Positions 8,925-18,907 of a stretch of 64,000 nt of DNA are shown piece after piece. The notes beneath the pieces are model-generated. The model did not search any database, was not told the DNA's origin, and was given only the letters and a program-made list of their open reading frames with translations. The DNA comes from Acidobacteriota bacterium (lineage in GTDB: Bacteria; Acidobacteriota; UBA890; WLXD01), in assembly GCA_963666215.2 (NCBI GenBank), contig CAXWPL010000003.1, positions 160,001 to 224,000 of the forward strand, in the 5' to 3' direction. Every line of letters starts with the position of its first letter. Position 1 is the stretch's first letter. A program made the translations under genes and the position numbers.

Positions 8925-10592
8925 CTAGCTCGACGAGATGCGCTCGCCGGCTTGCATCGTCAGCGCTACAGCCTCGGCGGCGCGGATGCCGTCGACTCCC
9001 GCCGTCAGAATTCCGCCCGCGTAGCCGGCGCCCTCACCTGCCGGGAAAAGCCCGCGGGTGTTGATGCTGTGCCCGTCGTCGCCGCGGCGAATGCGGATGG
9101 GCGACGACGTTCGGGTTTCCACTCCGGTCAGCACCGCGTCCTCCCGCGCAAAGCCCCGGAGCTTGCGATCGAACATGGGAATCGCCTCTCGAATGGCGGC
9201 GATCGCGAACTCGGGCAGGCACTCACGCAGGTCTCCGAGCCGGACTCCCGGCGTGTAGGACGGAACGACGGCCCCCAACGATGTGGACGGCCGCTGGGCC
9301 AGAAAATCACCCACCAGCTGTCCGGGAGCCTCGTAGGTGTCGCCGGCGGCGGCAAAAGCCAGGGCCTCGTAGCGTCGCTGAAACGCCACGCCGGCCAGCG
9401 CGTCGCCCGGGAAATCCCCCTCCGGGGTGATGTCTACAACAATGCCGCTGTTGGCATTACGCTCGCTACGGTGGTGCTCACTCATGCCGTTGGTCACCAC
9501 CCCGCCGAGCTCCGAAGCGGCAGCGACCACCGTGCCGCCCGGGCACATGCAGAAGCTGTAGACCGATCGACCCTCGAGCCCCGGGCCCCGGCAGTGGTGC
9601 GACAGACGGTAGTCCGCCGCCCCGAGCAGCGGATGGCCCGCGTTCTTGCCGAAGCGACAGGCGTCGATCAGCTTCTGCGGATGCTCGATACGCACGCCAA
9701 TCGAGAACGGCTTCGGCTCGAGGTAAACCCCGCAGTCCCGCAGCATCTCGAACGTGTCGCGCGCACTGTGTCCGACGGCGAGCACCACCTGATCGGCGCG
9801 AATCTCCTCGCCGTCGCGAAGCCGCAGCCCGCGGATGGTTTGGCTGGGGCCACCTTCTGTGGTGCCGTCTTCTATAAGGAGGCGATCGACCCGTGTGCGG
9901 AAGCGGATCTCGCCTCCCAGCGATTCGATCTTGGCTCGCAGCTTCTCGAGGATCTTGACGAGCCTGAGGGTGCCGATGTGGGGTCGCGAGTCGTAGAGAA
10001 TCTCGGGCCGCGCTCCCGCCTCCACGAGCTCGGTCAAGACCTTGCGACCGAGGTGGCGGGGATCGCGGATCTGGCTGTAGAGCTTGCCGTCGGAGAACGT
10101 CCCGGCGCCGCCTTCGCCGAACTGCACGTTCGACTCCGGGTCGAGCTCCCTGCCTCTCCAGAAGCCGAACGTATCAGCCGTCCGCTCGCGAGCCTTCTTG
10201 CCGCGCTCGAGAATCAGCGGCCGCAATCCCATCTCCGCCAGGAGCAGGCCGGCGAAGATGCCGCACGGGCCCATGCCGACGACCACCGGCCGCAAGGCTT
10301 TGTCGCTTGCCGCGGCGGGCGCAATCGCCGGGCCGTGGTAGGTCATGTCGGGCGTCGGCCTCACGTTGTTGTCCGTCGCCAAACGCTCGAGCACGCGTGC
10401 TTCGAGCGCGGTCTCGACATCAACGGAGTAGACGAGCTTGACCGCGCTCCGACGTCGAGCGTCATAGCTGCGCTTGAAGACGGTACAGGCAGCGATCTCG
10501 GACCGATCGACCCCGAGCCGCGCGGCCACAGCCTTCAGGAGAGCCTGCTCGTCGTGATCGAGGGCAAGCTCGAGTGAGGTGACACGAAGCAT
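8925..10592 (-). CDS. Uncharacterized NAD(P)/FAD-dependent oxidoreductase (COG2509-like)
   Basis: VVVGMGPCG, NVQFGEGGAGTFSDGKL, FCMCPGG, GEGAGYAGGI motifs. Confidence 0.88.
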   Translation of the reverse strand: MLRVTSLELALDHDEQALLKAVAARLGVDRSEIAACTVFKRSYDARRRSAVKLVYSVDVETALEARVLERLATDNNVRPTPDMTYHGPAIAPAAASDKALRPVVVGMGPCGIFAGLLLAEMGLRPLILERGKKARERTADTFGFWRGRELDPESNVQFGEGGAGTFSDGKLYSQIRDPRHLGRKVLTELVEAGARPEILYDSRPHIGTLRLVKILEKLRAKIESLGGEIRFRTRVDRLLIEDGTTEGGPSQTIRGLRLRDGEEIRADQVVLAVGHSARDTFEMLRDCGVYLEPKPFSIGVRIEHPQKLIDACRFGKNAGHPLLGAADYRLSHHCRGPGLEGRSVYSFCMCPGGTVVAAASELGGVVTNGMSEHHRSERNANSGIVVDITPEGDFPGDALAGVAFQRRYEALAFAAAGDTYEAPGQLVGDFLAQRPSTSLGAVVPSYTPGVRLGDLRECLPEFAIAAIREAIPMFDRKLRGFAREDAVLTGVETRTSSPIRIRRGDDGHSINTRGLFPAGEGAGYAGGILTAGVDGIRAAEAVALTMQAGERISSS

Positions 10593-10737
10593 GACGCGGC
10601 TCGTCCGCCGGCTCTCATCGCACGGTCGACTGCCACGCGAAGCACGCCGGGAGGGTGGGCGCAGAGCGTACCGGTTCTAGTCGGAGAGCGCGGGCCTCGG
10701 CGCGCTGGCGTTCACCGATGAGGCGCGGCTGACCGGC

Positions 10738-11241
10738 TCACGCACCGGAGTCTCGGACGTATTTCCCACCCATGATCTTGGCAAGAAGGCCGTCGCGTTC
10801 CTGCTGCAGCGTCCAGCGATAACCCTCGAGGGCGAACTCCCACGTTTCGACGTAGCGGCCGCCCTGTTCGCCGTGACTGAGCAGGTCGTGAACGACGGTT
10901 TGGTCGCGCACTCTCGAGTGGTATTCGAACAGCGTCACCGGCATGTCGGTGGCAACAACGATGCCGCGAACCCCTTCACCGGCCGGGTCGGCGTACCAGA
11001 GGCCTTCGGAGACGAGCTTCCATTCGCCCGCGATCATGAAGTATCCGCGCGAGCGGATCGCGGTTTGGCCGACACCCCACTCGAGCACGTGTCGTGAGTC
11101 AGCGGCCTTCCATTCGCCGACAACCAGCTCGGCGAAAGCAGCGAGCTCGCCATTGGCCGGTGGTGCCGCCACCACGGGCGAAGCCGGCAACGTGAGTCCG
11201 AGTAATAGTAGCCATGAAAAAAATCGAGCGAAGGATCGCAT
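10738..11241 (-). CDS. Hypothetical secreted protein
   Basis: Signal peptide MRSFARFFSWLLLLGLTLPASPVVA; purine-rich RBS; beta-rich body. Confidence 0.7.
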   Translation of the reverse strand: MRSFARFFSWLLLLGLTLPASPVVAAPPANGELAAFAELVVGEWKAADSRHVLEWGVGQTAIRSRGYFMIAGEWKLVSEGLWYADPAGEGVRGIVVATDMPVTLFEYHSRVRDQTVVHDLLSHGEQGGRYVETWEFALEGYRWTLQQERDGLLAKIMGGKYVRDSGA

Positions 11242-11374
11242 GCGGGATCTCCCTTCCTCTTTTTCTGTTCGGTTCCGTTTGGCGCGCCCACCCGGACACG
11301 TCCGATAGCGCGATCGTAGGTCGCCTGACCTCGCCCCCATTGAACGAATGTGACCGCCCGATGCGCCCTGTTCG

Positions 11375-12157
11375 TCAGCGAATTTGTTCGGGAACGAAGT
11401 TCGCGGCCTCGCCGGGGTCGAGGTTGCGGCCCCACGCCACTTGCCTACGGCGCACGTACTCGCCCGGCGTCATGCCCGTGAACACACGGAATTCGCGGAT
11501 CGCGTGCGGTTGGTCGGCATACCCCGCCCCGGCGGCCTCGTAGGGCCAGCGAATCGGCTTGCGCGCGTCGAGCTCGTCGATCAGGCGTCGCATGCGCGCG
11601 ATGCGCTGCAGCACTTTCGGCGCCAGCCCCGCGCGGGCGCGCACCTGGCCGATGAAGTACCGCCGACTGACCTCCATCTCCTCCTGAACCTCTGCCACGG
11701 TCGTCGGCTCGCCGCTGATTAACCGATCGATCGCGGCAAGCCAATCGTTGCTTCGGTGCGCCGGCTGAATACCTTCGACCAGCCAATCGACGACGGCCGC
11801 GACACCAAGCGCTGGCGTCGTAGCTTCGAGCTGAGCCAGCAGTTTCTCCGGCGGCGCCAGCGTCGTGTCGATCTGGGACAGCGGCAGGATCCGGTTGGCG
11901 AGCATTGCGGCCGAACCCTTCACAAACCCGGAGATTCCGCCCGCACGCATCGATACGCCGTATACGAAGGTCTCCGCTGTCGGCTCGTTGATGATGGGTC
12001 GCTCGTGTGGGCCGCTCAGCCACGCGCCGCGAATCTCGCGGATCTGGCGCTGTGCCGCTCCGGCCACCGGCTCCAGTCTTGCTTCAAGCGGGCCTCGACA
12101 ATCGACCAGGCCGTGGCGTCGAACTGGCGGTTGCGCCGCGATCTGGAGCGTCGCCAC
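11375..12157 (-). CDS. AraC-family HTH transcriptional regulator, possibly 5'-truncated; start uncertain
   Basis: C-terminal GLAPKVLQRIARMRR and AGYADQPHAIREFRVFTGMTPGEY. Confidence 0.75.
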   Translation of the reverse strand: MATLQIAAQPPVRRHGLVDCRGPLEARLEPVAGAAQRQIREIRGAWLSGPHERPIINEPTAETFVYGVSMRAGGISGFVKGSAAMLANRILPLSQIDTTLAPPEKLLAQLEATTPALGVAAVVDWLVEGIQPAHRSNDWLAAIDRLISGEPTTVAEVQEEMEVSRRYFIGQVRARAGLAPKVLQRIARMRRLIDELDARKPIRWPYEAAGAGYADQPHAIREFRVFTGMTPGEYVRRRQVAWGRNLDPGEAANFVPEQIR

Positions 12158-12218
12158 CGTGCCAGGTCATCGGCAGTACTGGGCCGATACCAGCCATCGC
12201 TGCTGGCGGCACACTAAT

Positions 12219-13511
12219 CTAACTCAGATAGTCGCGAAATTCTTCGTATTCTGTCGACAGCGGCGTGAAGCGCTCGGGCTTGTCCAGGCATTCGGCCAGC
12301 ACGGCCGGCGTCTCGATCGCGTGGCCGATCGTGGGCTCGACGATCTCTTTGAACTTGGCTGGATGGGCGGTGGCCAGGAAGACGCCGCAGCCGTCGGGCA
12401 GTATCTCACCGACCGTGCGCAGGCCAAGGTAACCCACAGCCGAATGTGGATCCAGCACGTAGCCTGAAGCGTGGTAGATCTGTTGCATCGTCCTTTGCAC
12501 CTCGTCGTCCGTATGGTGGCTGCCGACGAGGTCTCGGCGGAGGGCGGCGATGTCGTCGCCGTAGAGATACCGAATACGGCTGAGGTTGCTGGGATCGCCG
12601 ACGTCCATCGCATTGGAGATTGTCGATACGGATGGACGTGGGTCGACGGTCCCGGTTTCCAGATAGCGCGGCACCGTGTCGTTGACGTTCGTCGCGGCGA
12701 CGAAGCGTGCGACGGGTAGCCCGAGTCGCTTTGCCATCAGGCCGGCGGTGAGGTTGCCGAAGTTACCGCTCGGGGTGCTGATCACGGCCGCGCCGTGATT
12801 GTGAGGCAGCTGCGACATGGCACAAAAATAGTAGAAGATCTGGGGCAGGAGTCGGCCGACGTTGATCGAGTTTGCGGACGCCAGAGGACGAACGCGGCGT
12901 AGATCCGTGTCTGCGAACGCCTGCTTCACGAGCCGCTGGCAATCATCGAACGACCCGTCAATTGCCAGGCTCGAGACGTTGCCGTTCAGGGTGGTGAAGA
13001 GCTTCTTCTGGGCCTCGCTGACCTGCCTCTCCGGGAATAGAACCTCCACCCGGAAGCCGTCGAGTCCGTGGAATGCGTGCGCCACTGCGGCACCCGTGTC
13101 GCCGGAAGTGGCGACCAGAATGGTGAGCTCTTCGTCCTGCGCTTTGCGAAAATGGAGCATGAGCTGCGCCATGAAGCGCGCCCCGACATCCTTGAAGGCG
13201 AGTGTAGGTCCCCAGAAGAGCTCGAGGCAGTGGATGCCCTCCTCTATCCTGACGAGGGGCACAGGGAAAGTGAGGCTGGTCTCGACGATTTGTCTCAAGG
13301 CCCCCGCCTCCAGATCGTCTCCCAACAGGTGGCTGGCCAGCCGGCCGGCGATCTCCTCCCGGCTCGCTTCGAGAAGTGTCTCGACGGCCTCAGGCGCCAG
13401 CGGCTCCAGCCGTGCCGGCACGTACAGCCCGCCGTCGGGTGCCAATCCGCTGCCTAGCGCGTCGCGCAGCGACACTTCGGGCGAGGCGCCCCGGGTGCTC
13501 AGGAAACGCAT
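12219..13511 (-). CDS. thrC: Threonine synthase
   Basis: GLAPDGGLYVP, GPTLAFKDVGARF (PLP lysine), ATSGDTG, PSGNFGN, LATAHPAKF. Confidence 0.95.
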   Translation of the reverse strand: MRFLSTRGASPEVSLRDALGSGLAPDGGLYVPARLEPLAPEAVETLLEASREEIAGRLASHLLGDDLEAGALRQIVETSLTFPVPLVRIEEGIHCLELFWGPTLAFKDVGARFMAQLMLHFRKAQDEELTILVATSGDTGAAVAHAFHGLDGFRVEVLFPERQVSEAQKKLFTTLNGNVSSLAIDGSFDDCQRLVKQAFADTDLRRVRPLASANSINVGRLLPQIFYYFCAMSQLPHNHGAAVISTPSGNFGNLTAGLMAKRLGLPVARFVAATNVNDTVPRYLETGTVDPRPSVSTISNAMDVGDPSNLSRIRYLYGDDIAALRRDLVGSHHTDDEVQRTMQQIYHASGYVLDPHSAVGYLGLRTVGEILPDGCGVFLATAHPAKFKEIVEPTIGHAIETPAVLAECLDKPERFTPLSTEYEEFRDYLS

Positions 13512-14467
13512 GGTACGGGCGGCAGCTCGGAGTCGGCGAGAACGTGAGCACCGCGGGTGCCGACTGCGGTCGCGTAGTGCTCCGATTCGATGCCGACCTT
13601 GCGCTGGAAAGTCTCGTGCATCGCCAGCGCGGCTGCTGTAGCTCCCGCCCGGTCGCGACAGAGCGCGAAGATGGCGGGCCCGGAACCAGACAGGCTGCAG
13701 CCGAGCGCGCCCGCCTCCAGCGCCGCAGCTTTGACAGCAGCGAAACCAGGCACGATCGGCGCTCGGACAGGCTCTGCCACGACGTCGACCAGGCAACGCT
13801 CGAGCAGTTCCCAGTCGGCCCGATAGAGTGCGGCTATGAGGCCGGCTATGTTCGCCCACTGGGTTACGGCCTGTTGCAGCGGCAGGGTGTCGCCCAGCAG
13901 TATCCTCGCCTCGTGAGTGCGCACCTCGATCCGTGGTCGCAGAAGCCCGCACGAGAGCTCACCTGGAACGGGCAGCTCAATGATGTCGGGCGGCACCGCG
14001 CTGCGCACGAGGACCAGGGAGCCGTAAAGGCTGGGAGCGACGTTGTCAGCATGAACCGATCCGGATGCCGCGCGCTCGCCTTCGATGGCGCAAAGGAGAA
14101 GCTCGTCGGAGCTGAGCTCGCCCTGGAGCGCGGCATCGGCGGCGACCGCGCCGGCGACCGAGCTCGCAGCGCTGCTTCCCAGGCCGCTCGAGAGGGGCAT
14201 GTGCTTGTCGATCTCGAGAACGAGCCCGCGGTCTTTGACTCCGAGTCGGTCGAGCACCGCCTGAGCCGCGATCGAGGCCGTGTTCAGCTGCGGATCTCGC
14301 GGTAGTCGTCCGCGGGCGCCGCGAATCTCGGCGATGACGATGCCGGGCTCCTCCGTGGTCTCGGCTCGGACGATGTCGCCGAGAGACTCGATGCCGAAGC
14401 CGAGGATGTCGAACCCGCAGGTGACATTCGAGACCGAGGCAGGTGCGAAGGCTCTTGCGGCGGTCAT
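13499..14467 (-). CDS. thrB: Homoserine kinase
   Basis: PASVSNVTCGFD, PLSSGLGSSAAS (GHMP motif), HADNVAP, SGSGP. Confidence 0.95.
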   Translation of the reverse strand: MTAARAFAPASVSNVTCGFDILGFGIESLGDIVRAETTEEPGIVIAEIRGARGRLPRDPQLNTASIAAQAVLDRLGVKDRGLVLEIDKHMPLSSGLGSSAASSVAGAVAADAALQGELSSDELLLCAIEGERAASGSVHADNVAPSLYGSLVLVRSAVPPDIIELPVPGELSCGLLRPRIEVRTHEARILLGDTLPLQQAVTQWANIAGLIAALYRADWELLERCLVDVVAEPVRAPIVPGFAAVKAAALEAGALGCSLSGSGPAIFALCRDRAGATAAALAMHETFQRKVGIESEHYATAVGTRGAHVLADSELPPVPCVS

Positions 14468-16893
14468 TCTCGGCCCTCGGCGACGGCGCGAAGGAGATCG
14501 GAATAGACGCCGGCGGCAGTGAGCGCGCGCCCGGCGCCGGGTCCGCTGACGACCAGTGGCTGATCGGCGTACCGATCCGTTGTGAAGGCGAAGAGGTTGT
14601 CGGTGCCCTCAACCTGAGCGCAGGGGTGAGAGGGCTCGAGAGCCGCCAGCCCGACGCGGCCGGAACCGTTCTCCCAGCGTGCGAGATAGGTCAGCACCTT
14701 GCCCTCGCTTACGGCGCTCGCGACCTGTCGGGCGAAAGGCTCATCGAGCTCAGGCAGGTGGCTCCAGAAGTCCTCGGTCGTCATGTCCGACCACTCTTCG
14801 TCGAGCAGCGACTCGATCTCGAGGTCGGCCAGATCGAGCTCGGCCCCTGTCAGGCGGACAAGAATGAGGAGTTTGCGGGCCACGTCCATCCCGTTCAGGT
14901 CTTCGCGCGGATCGGGCTCGGTATAGCCGAGCGAGTGAGCTTCGCGCACGACATCGCTAAACTTGTGGCCGGTGCGTAGGCCGGTCATGAGAGTTCCCAG
15001 CGTACCCGAAAAGAGGCCCTCTACTTTGTGCAGCTGATCCCCGGTCGCCAACTGATCCTGGACCGTGCGGATGACCGGCAGCCCCGCGCCGACGGTGGCT
15101 TCAAAGAAGAGGTTGCCGCCTGAGGCCGCTGCTGCTGTGATCTGCCGCCAGCTCTCCTGAGCGCCCGCAAACGGCTTCTTGTTGGCCGCGACGATGTCGA
15201 CGCCGGCAGCGAGCAAGAGCGGGTAGATCGAGCCGAGGGTGTCGCTGGCGGTGCAGTCGATCAGGATTCGGTGGCCGGGCGCCGACGTGATGAAGTCGAG
15301 GCAGCGCGAGAGATCAGTCGCTTCTCCAGTGCCTGCGGCGATGCGGTCGAGGGTCCATGCAGCGTTGTCCTCGCGCCCGAGATCGAGGCTCATCCGGCGA
15401 CTGTTGAGGAGTCCGGAGAGACTCCAGCCCGCAGGTGGTCTAGTCCTACGGAGCTGGTCGAGGAGCTCCGAGCCGACGCCGCCGACGCCGGCCAAGAAGA
15501 GGTGAGTCCGAGGCTTGGCGAAGAACGCCGAGTGCAGGGTCTGGAGGACTCGGGCCTCGTCCGCAGCAGCGACTGCAAAGGAGATGTTGAGCTCTGAAGA
15601 GCCCTGCGCGATGGCGCGCACGTTGATCTCTTCGCGGCCGAGAGCCTCAAAGAGTGTCCCCGAGATTCCAGGGCGGTGGTTCATTCCGGCTCCGACCACC
15701 GCCACGATGGAGAGGTCTTCGTCAACGACCACATCCTTGATGAGGCCGATCTCGCGCTCGCGCTCGAACTCGTTGTGGATCACGTCGCGCGCCAACGTTG
15801 CCATGCCCGGCTCTACGGCGAGACAGATCGAGTGCTCGCTCGAGGCCTGGGTGATCAGAAGGGTGTTGACCTGACCATCGGCCAGGGCCGTGAAGAGCCG
15901 TCGGGCCGCTCCTGCGATCGTGGCCATGCCGTCGCCCTCGAGCCGTATGAGAGCGATATGGGACATGGCCGAGATGCCGCGGATCGGGTTCTCCCCAGGC
16001 TGGGCCGACTCTTCGATGCGGGTGCCAGGGAAGCTGGGATTGAGAGTGTTCTTGATCAGCAGCGGCACCGATCGCGAGCGCGCTGGATGCACGGCCGGCG
16101 AATAGACGACCTTCGCTCCAAAGTGGGATAGCTCGAGCAGCTCGTCGTAGCTCAGCGCCTCCTGGGAGAAAGCCTCCGGTACCTTGCGCGGATCGCAGCT
16201 GAGGACGCCGTCGACGTCGGTCCAGATCTCTATGCGCTCCGCGTAGAGCGCTGCGCCTACCAGCGACGCGGTGTAGTCCGAGCCGCCGTATCCCAACGTT
16301 GCGGTTTCGCCTTGCTCCGTCTGGGCAAGGAACCCTGTCACCACTTGTAGAGGGAGCGTCTGAGAGAAGTGCTCGACGATTCGGTCGTAGGTCGTCTCGA
16401 AGTTGACCCGGGCTGCTCCGAACCTGCGGTCGGCAATGATGAACTGGCGCGCGTCACAGGCCTCGGTCTCGATGCCGCTCTCAGACAGCGCCCCCGCTAC
16501 CAGGGCCGAGGACAGCAGCTCTCCCATGCTCAGCACTTTGTCGAGTGTGCGCGGGCTGCACTCGCGCACCAGACAGATTCCTTCCAGAACGATCTCGAGC
16601 TCCGCGAACCGGCTCCGGATCACCTGCTCGAGAGTGGCTCGAGCATCTCCGCTAGTGAGCGCGGCAGCTATCTGCAAGTGGCGTTCGGCCATCGCGTTGC
16701 AGCGCTCGGGAAACACTCTGTCGCCGCGAGAGCAGTCGGAAGCGGCGTTTCCGAGCTCGTCGGTAATGCCGCCGAGCGCCGAGACGACGACACAGATCTT
16801 CGACTCGAGGCAGGCGGCCGCAACGAGCTCGGTGACGATGCCGATACGCTCGGCGTCGCGCACGGAGGTTCCGCCGAACTTCATGACTCTCAT
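14464..16893 (-). CDS. thrA: Bifunctional aspartate kinase/homoserine dehydrogenase
   Basis: KFGGTSV, GSDYTA, two ACT domains, FEATVGAGLP, GYTEPDPREDLNG. Confidence 0.95.
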   Translation of the reverse strand: MRVMKFGGTSVRDAERIGIVTELVAAACLESKICVVVSALGGITDELGNAASDCSRGDRVFPERCNAMAERHLQIAAALTSGDARATLEQVIRSRFAELEIVLEGICLVRECSPRTLDKVLSMGELLSSALVAGALSESGIETEACDARQFIIADRRFGAARVNFETTYDRIVEHFSQTLPLQVVTGFLAQTEQGETATLGYGGSDYTASLVGAALYAERIEIWTDVDGVLSCDPRKVPEAFSQEALSYDELLELSHFGAKVVYSPAVHPARSRSVPLLIKNTLNPSFPGTRIEESAQPGENPIRGISAMSHIALIRLEGDGMATIAGAARRLFTALADGQVNTLLITQASSEHSICLAVEPGMATLARDVIHNEFEREREIGLIKDVVVDEDLSIVAVVGAGMNHRPGISGTLFEALGREEINVRAIAQGSSELNISFAVAAADEARVLQTLHSAFFAKPRTHLFLAGVGGVGSELLDQLRRTRPPAGWSLSGLLNSRRMSLDLGREDNAAWTLDRIAAGTGEATDLSRCLDFITSAPGHRILIDCTASDTLGSIYPLLLAAGVDIVAANKKPFAGAQESWRQITAAAASGGNLFFEATVGAGLPVIRTVQDQLATGDQLHKVEGLFSGTLGTLMTGLRTGHKFSDVVREAHSLGYTEPDPREDLNGMDVARKLLILVRLTGAELDLADLEIESLLDEEWSDMTTEDFWSHLPELDEPFARQVASAVSEGKVLTYLARWENGSGRVGLAALEPSHPCAQVEGTDNLFAFTTDRYADQPLVVSGPGAGRALTAAGVYSDLLRAVAEGRE

Positions 16894-16910
16894 GGCAGCA
16901 ACTACTTGGG

Positions 16911-16939
16911 GCGGCGACTCGAAGAGCGGCGACTCGAAG
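16911..16939. repeat. Tandem 14-bp direct repeat in the thrA leader
   Basis: GCGGCGACTCGAAG at 16911-16924 and 16926-16939; -10-like TACAAT on minus strand at 17000-16995. Confidence 0.6.
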
Positions 16940-17049
16940 GGACAGTCCGGCTGGCTCGGTTCTCAGCGACTCGCGGAAGCCTGGAGGGGCGAAAATTGTA
17001 CCAGCGAGAAGAAGCCAGGACAGCAGAATCAGACCATCGGCACTGCTAG

Positions 17050-17400
17050 AGTCGGCCTCTTGCGAAGCGCCAGGACTGGACTTCCATTCACGCTGATGAG
17101 CGGCTCGTTGCGGACTTTCCGAAAGAGGGAGAGTTCAGCTTGGCCCTTGCCTACGGCAACACCTATCGCGTCGGCATGTGGAGCCTCTCGCTGCCGCGGG
17201 TCTACGAACTCGTGCGCGCACAACCGGGTTGGATGTGTGAGAGGTTCTTCTCCGATGGTGAGGAGGTGCCAGGCTCCGTTGAGCGAGGCACACCGTTGGA
17301 GGTTTTCGGCTGCATCGGCTGCATCGGCTTCGAGGTCTCTTTCGAGGACGACTACGTAAACCTTCTCCGCATACGGGTGCGAGCCCGCATCCCGGGCCGG
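17050..17400 (+). pseudogene. N-terminal remnant of a radical SAM (B12-binding-like) protein
   Basis: ALAYGNTYRVGM..L..VY...CERFF...FEVSFEDDYVNLL resembles that family's N-terminus; contains a 9-bp duplication (GCIGCIG); no CxxxCxxC motif. Confidence 0.55.
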
Positions 17401-17524
17401 CGCGATCGCGTGATGCCTTCAGTCGAGCATGTCACGGCACTATACGCGAACAACCGATGCGATGCCTCTCACCAACCTGCGCGGCAACGAGAACCCCAGA
17501 TGGCGTCGCGCCGTCGCCCGCCTG

Positions 17525-17705
17525 GGGCCTGGTCGATCGTCGAGGCGCGCTTGAAGCAAGATTGGAGCCCGGAGCAGATCGCCGGCAGGCTCTCGCTGAG
17601 TGGCGTCCTCTCGATCAGCCACGAGACCATCTACCGCCACATCTGGGAGAATCGTCGAAGCGGTGGGCTTCTCTACAACCACCTCCGAGGGTCGCGAAAA
17701 GCGCG
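17525..17705 (+). mobile_element. IS30-family transposase internal fragment
   Basis: WSPEQIAGRL...ISHETIYRHIW...GGLLYNHLR is the IS30 HTH signature; no DDE domain or terminal repeats seen. Confidence 0.8.
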
Positions 17706-18040
17706 CTCCACGGGCACTCGAGCTCGCGGCCGACAGCATTGCTCAGGCGACATTGATTCGCGACTCGGCCTACCGGCGTCTCGTTGAGTCCGGCGGGCCG
17801 ATGACGTCGAGCGGGCGCACTCGGCGCGTGTTCACGGTGTGGTGCAGCACCCTCGATCGTCTTGAGCGTCACCTGCGGCTGGTGGGGATGAAACGTGAGC
17901 CGAGGCCGACGAGGACGAACATCAGCTCGCGTAGCGCGCAGAAGGGACATCTGATGCCATGAGCGGCGCGCAGTCCCAGCGTGCGGGACCGACCTTGACC
18001 ATCGTGGACGCGCTACGGGACCACAAGCTGTTCGGCGGAG
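17700..18040 (+). pseudogene. Phage-like remnant: end of a small ORF coupled by ATGA to the start of a possible terminase-like gene
   Basis: ATLIRDSAYRRLVESGGP...LERHLRLVGMKREP stop 17962 overlaps ATG 17959 (MSGAQ...LTIVDALRDHKLFG); family similarity from recollection only. Confidence 0.3.
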
Positions 18041-18209
18041 ATCCTCGCCGACCTGAACGCCCTCGCCGACACCCTCACCGCGATGCCCCGCAGCAACGGG
18101 GAGCTCTCCGTGAGTGGCTTTGCCGGCCGCCTCCATGAGCTCGGCGGTGGGCTCGATGGTTGCGTCGTGGCCACACGGGCCGGCAGCAACCGCGCGAGCG
18201 GGGCTACCC

Positions 18210-18518
18210 TGAGGCCGTGTGCAACTTCCACATCTGGCCGAACCGCGAAGCGGGGCTCGCCGAGATCCGACGGGTGCTGAAGCCCGGCGGCACGTTGCTC
18301 CTGGCGGTGCGTACCGCGCCGAGGAGACCGGGCAAGTACCCCCCCCCGGCCTCGACGAAGACGCGATCAGACGCGCCGTCGCAGAGGTCGAGGCCGCACG
18401 GTTCGATGACTTGCGGCTCGAGAGGCGCGATACGGGGCGTCAGGTCGTCTGCATCATCGGTCGAAAGACCGGCGGGGAGGTTGACACCGACAGGCTGCCG
18501 CGCACGGTGAACGCCTAG
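18210..18518 (+). pseudogene. C-terminal remnant of a class I SAM methyltransferase, frameshifted in a C9 tract
   Basis: NFHIWPNREAGLAEIRRVLKPGGTLLL motif; reading continues in another frame after C9 at 18339-18347 (PGLDEDAIRRAVAEV...). Confidence 0.65.
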
Positions 18519-18907
18519 GTCCGCGGGCGATAGCTTCGTGCGGAAATGGACAGAGCCGCACGCTCAGATTCCAGCGTGATCACTCCAGAAGACCAGCTTG
18601 ATCGTTCGAGCTCTTCCCGGTTTCTAGGCATCGGCCTCATCGCCGCCGGCTTGGCGGCTTGCCAGTCAGCAGAGCCTTCCCCAGAGCCGTCCGATCTGCC
18701 TGCCGGCCACCTACTTCACCGTGAGCCTGGAATCAGGACGCTATGCCTGGGTCTCGGAAGGTTATGCCAGCGGGGGATCGTGACGAAATTCACCGTCGAG
18801 TATCCCTTGTCGCATTGGCGTAAGATCGACGGGCCCGGGAGCAAGCGACACAGCTCCACCGCGGAACGGGATCGAACGGAATCCAACTCTCGAGAGAGGT
18901 CGACATC

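Noticed and set aside
16894-17050. Thr attenuator or T-box upstream of thrA
   Set aside because: No Thr/Ile-rich leader ORF and no T-box consensus; only a short tandem repeat
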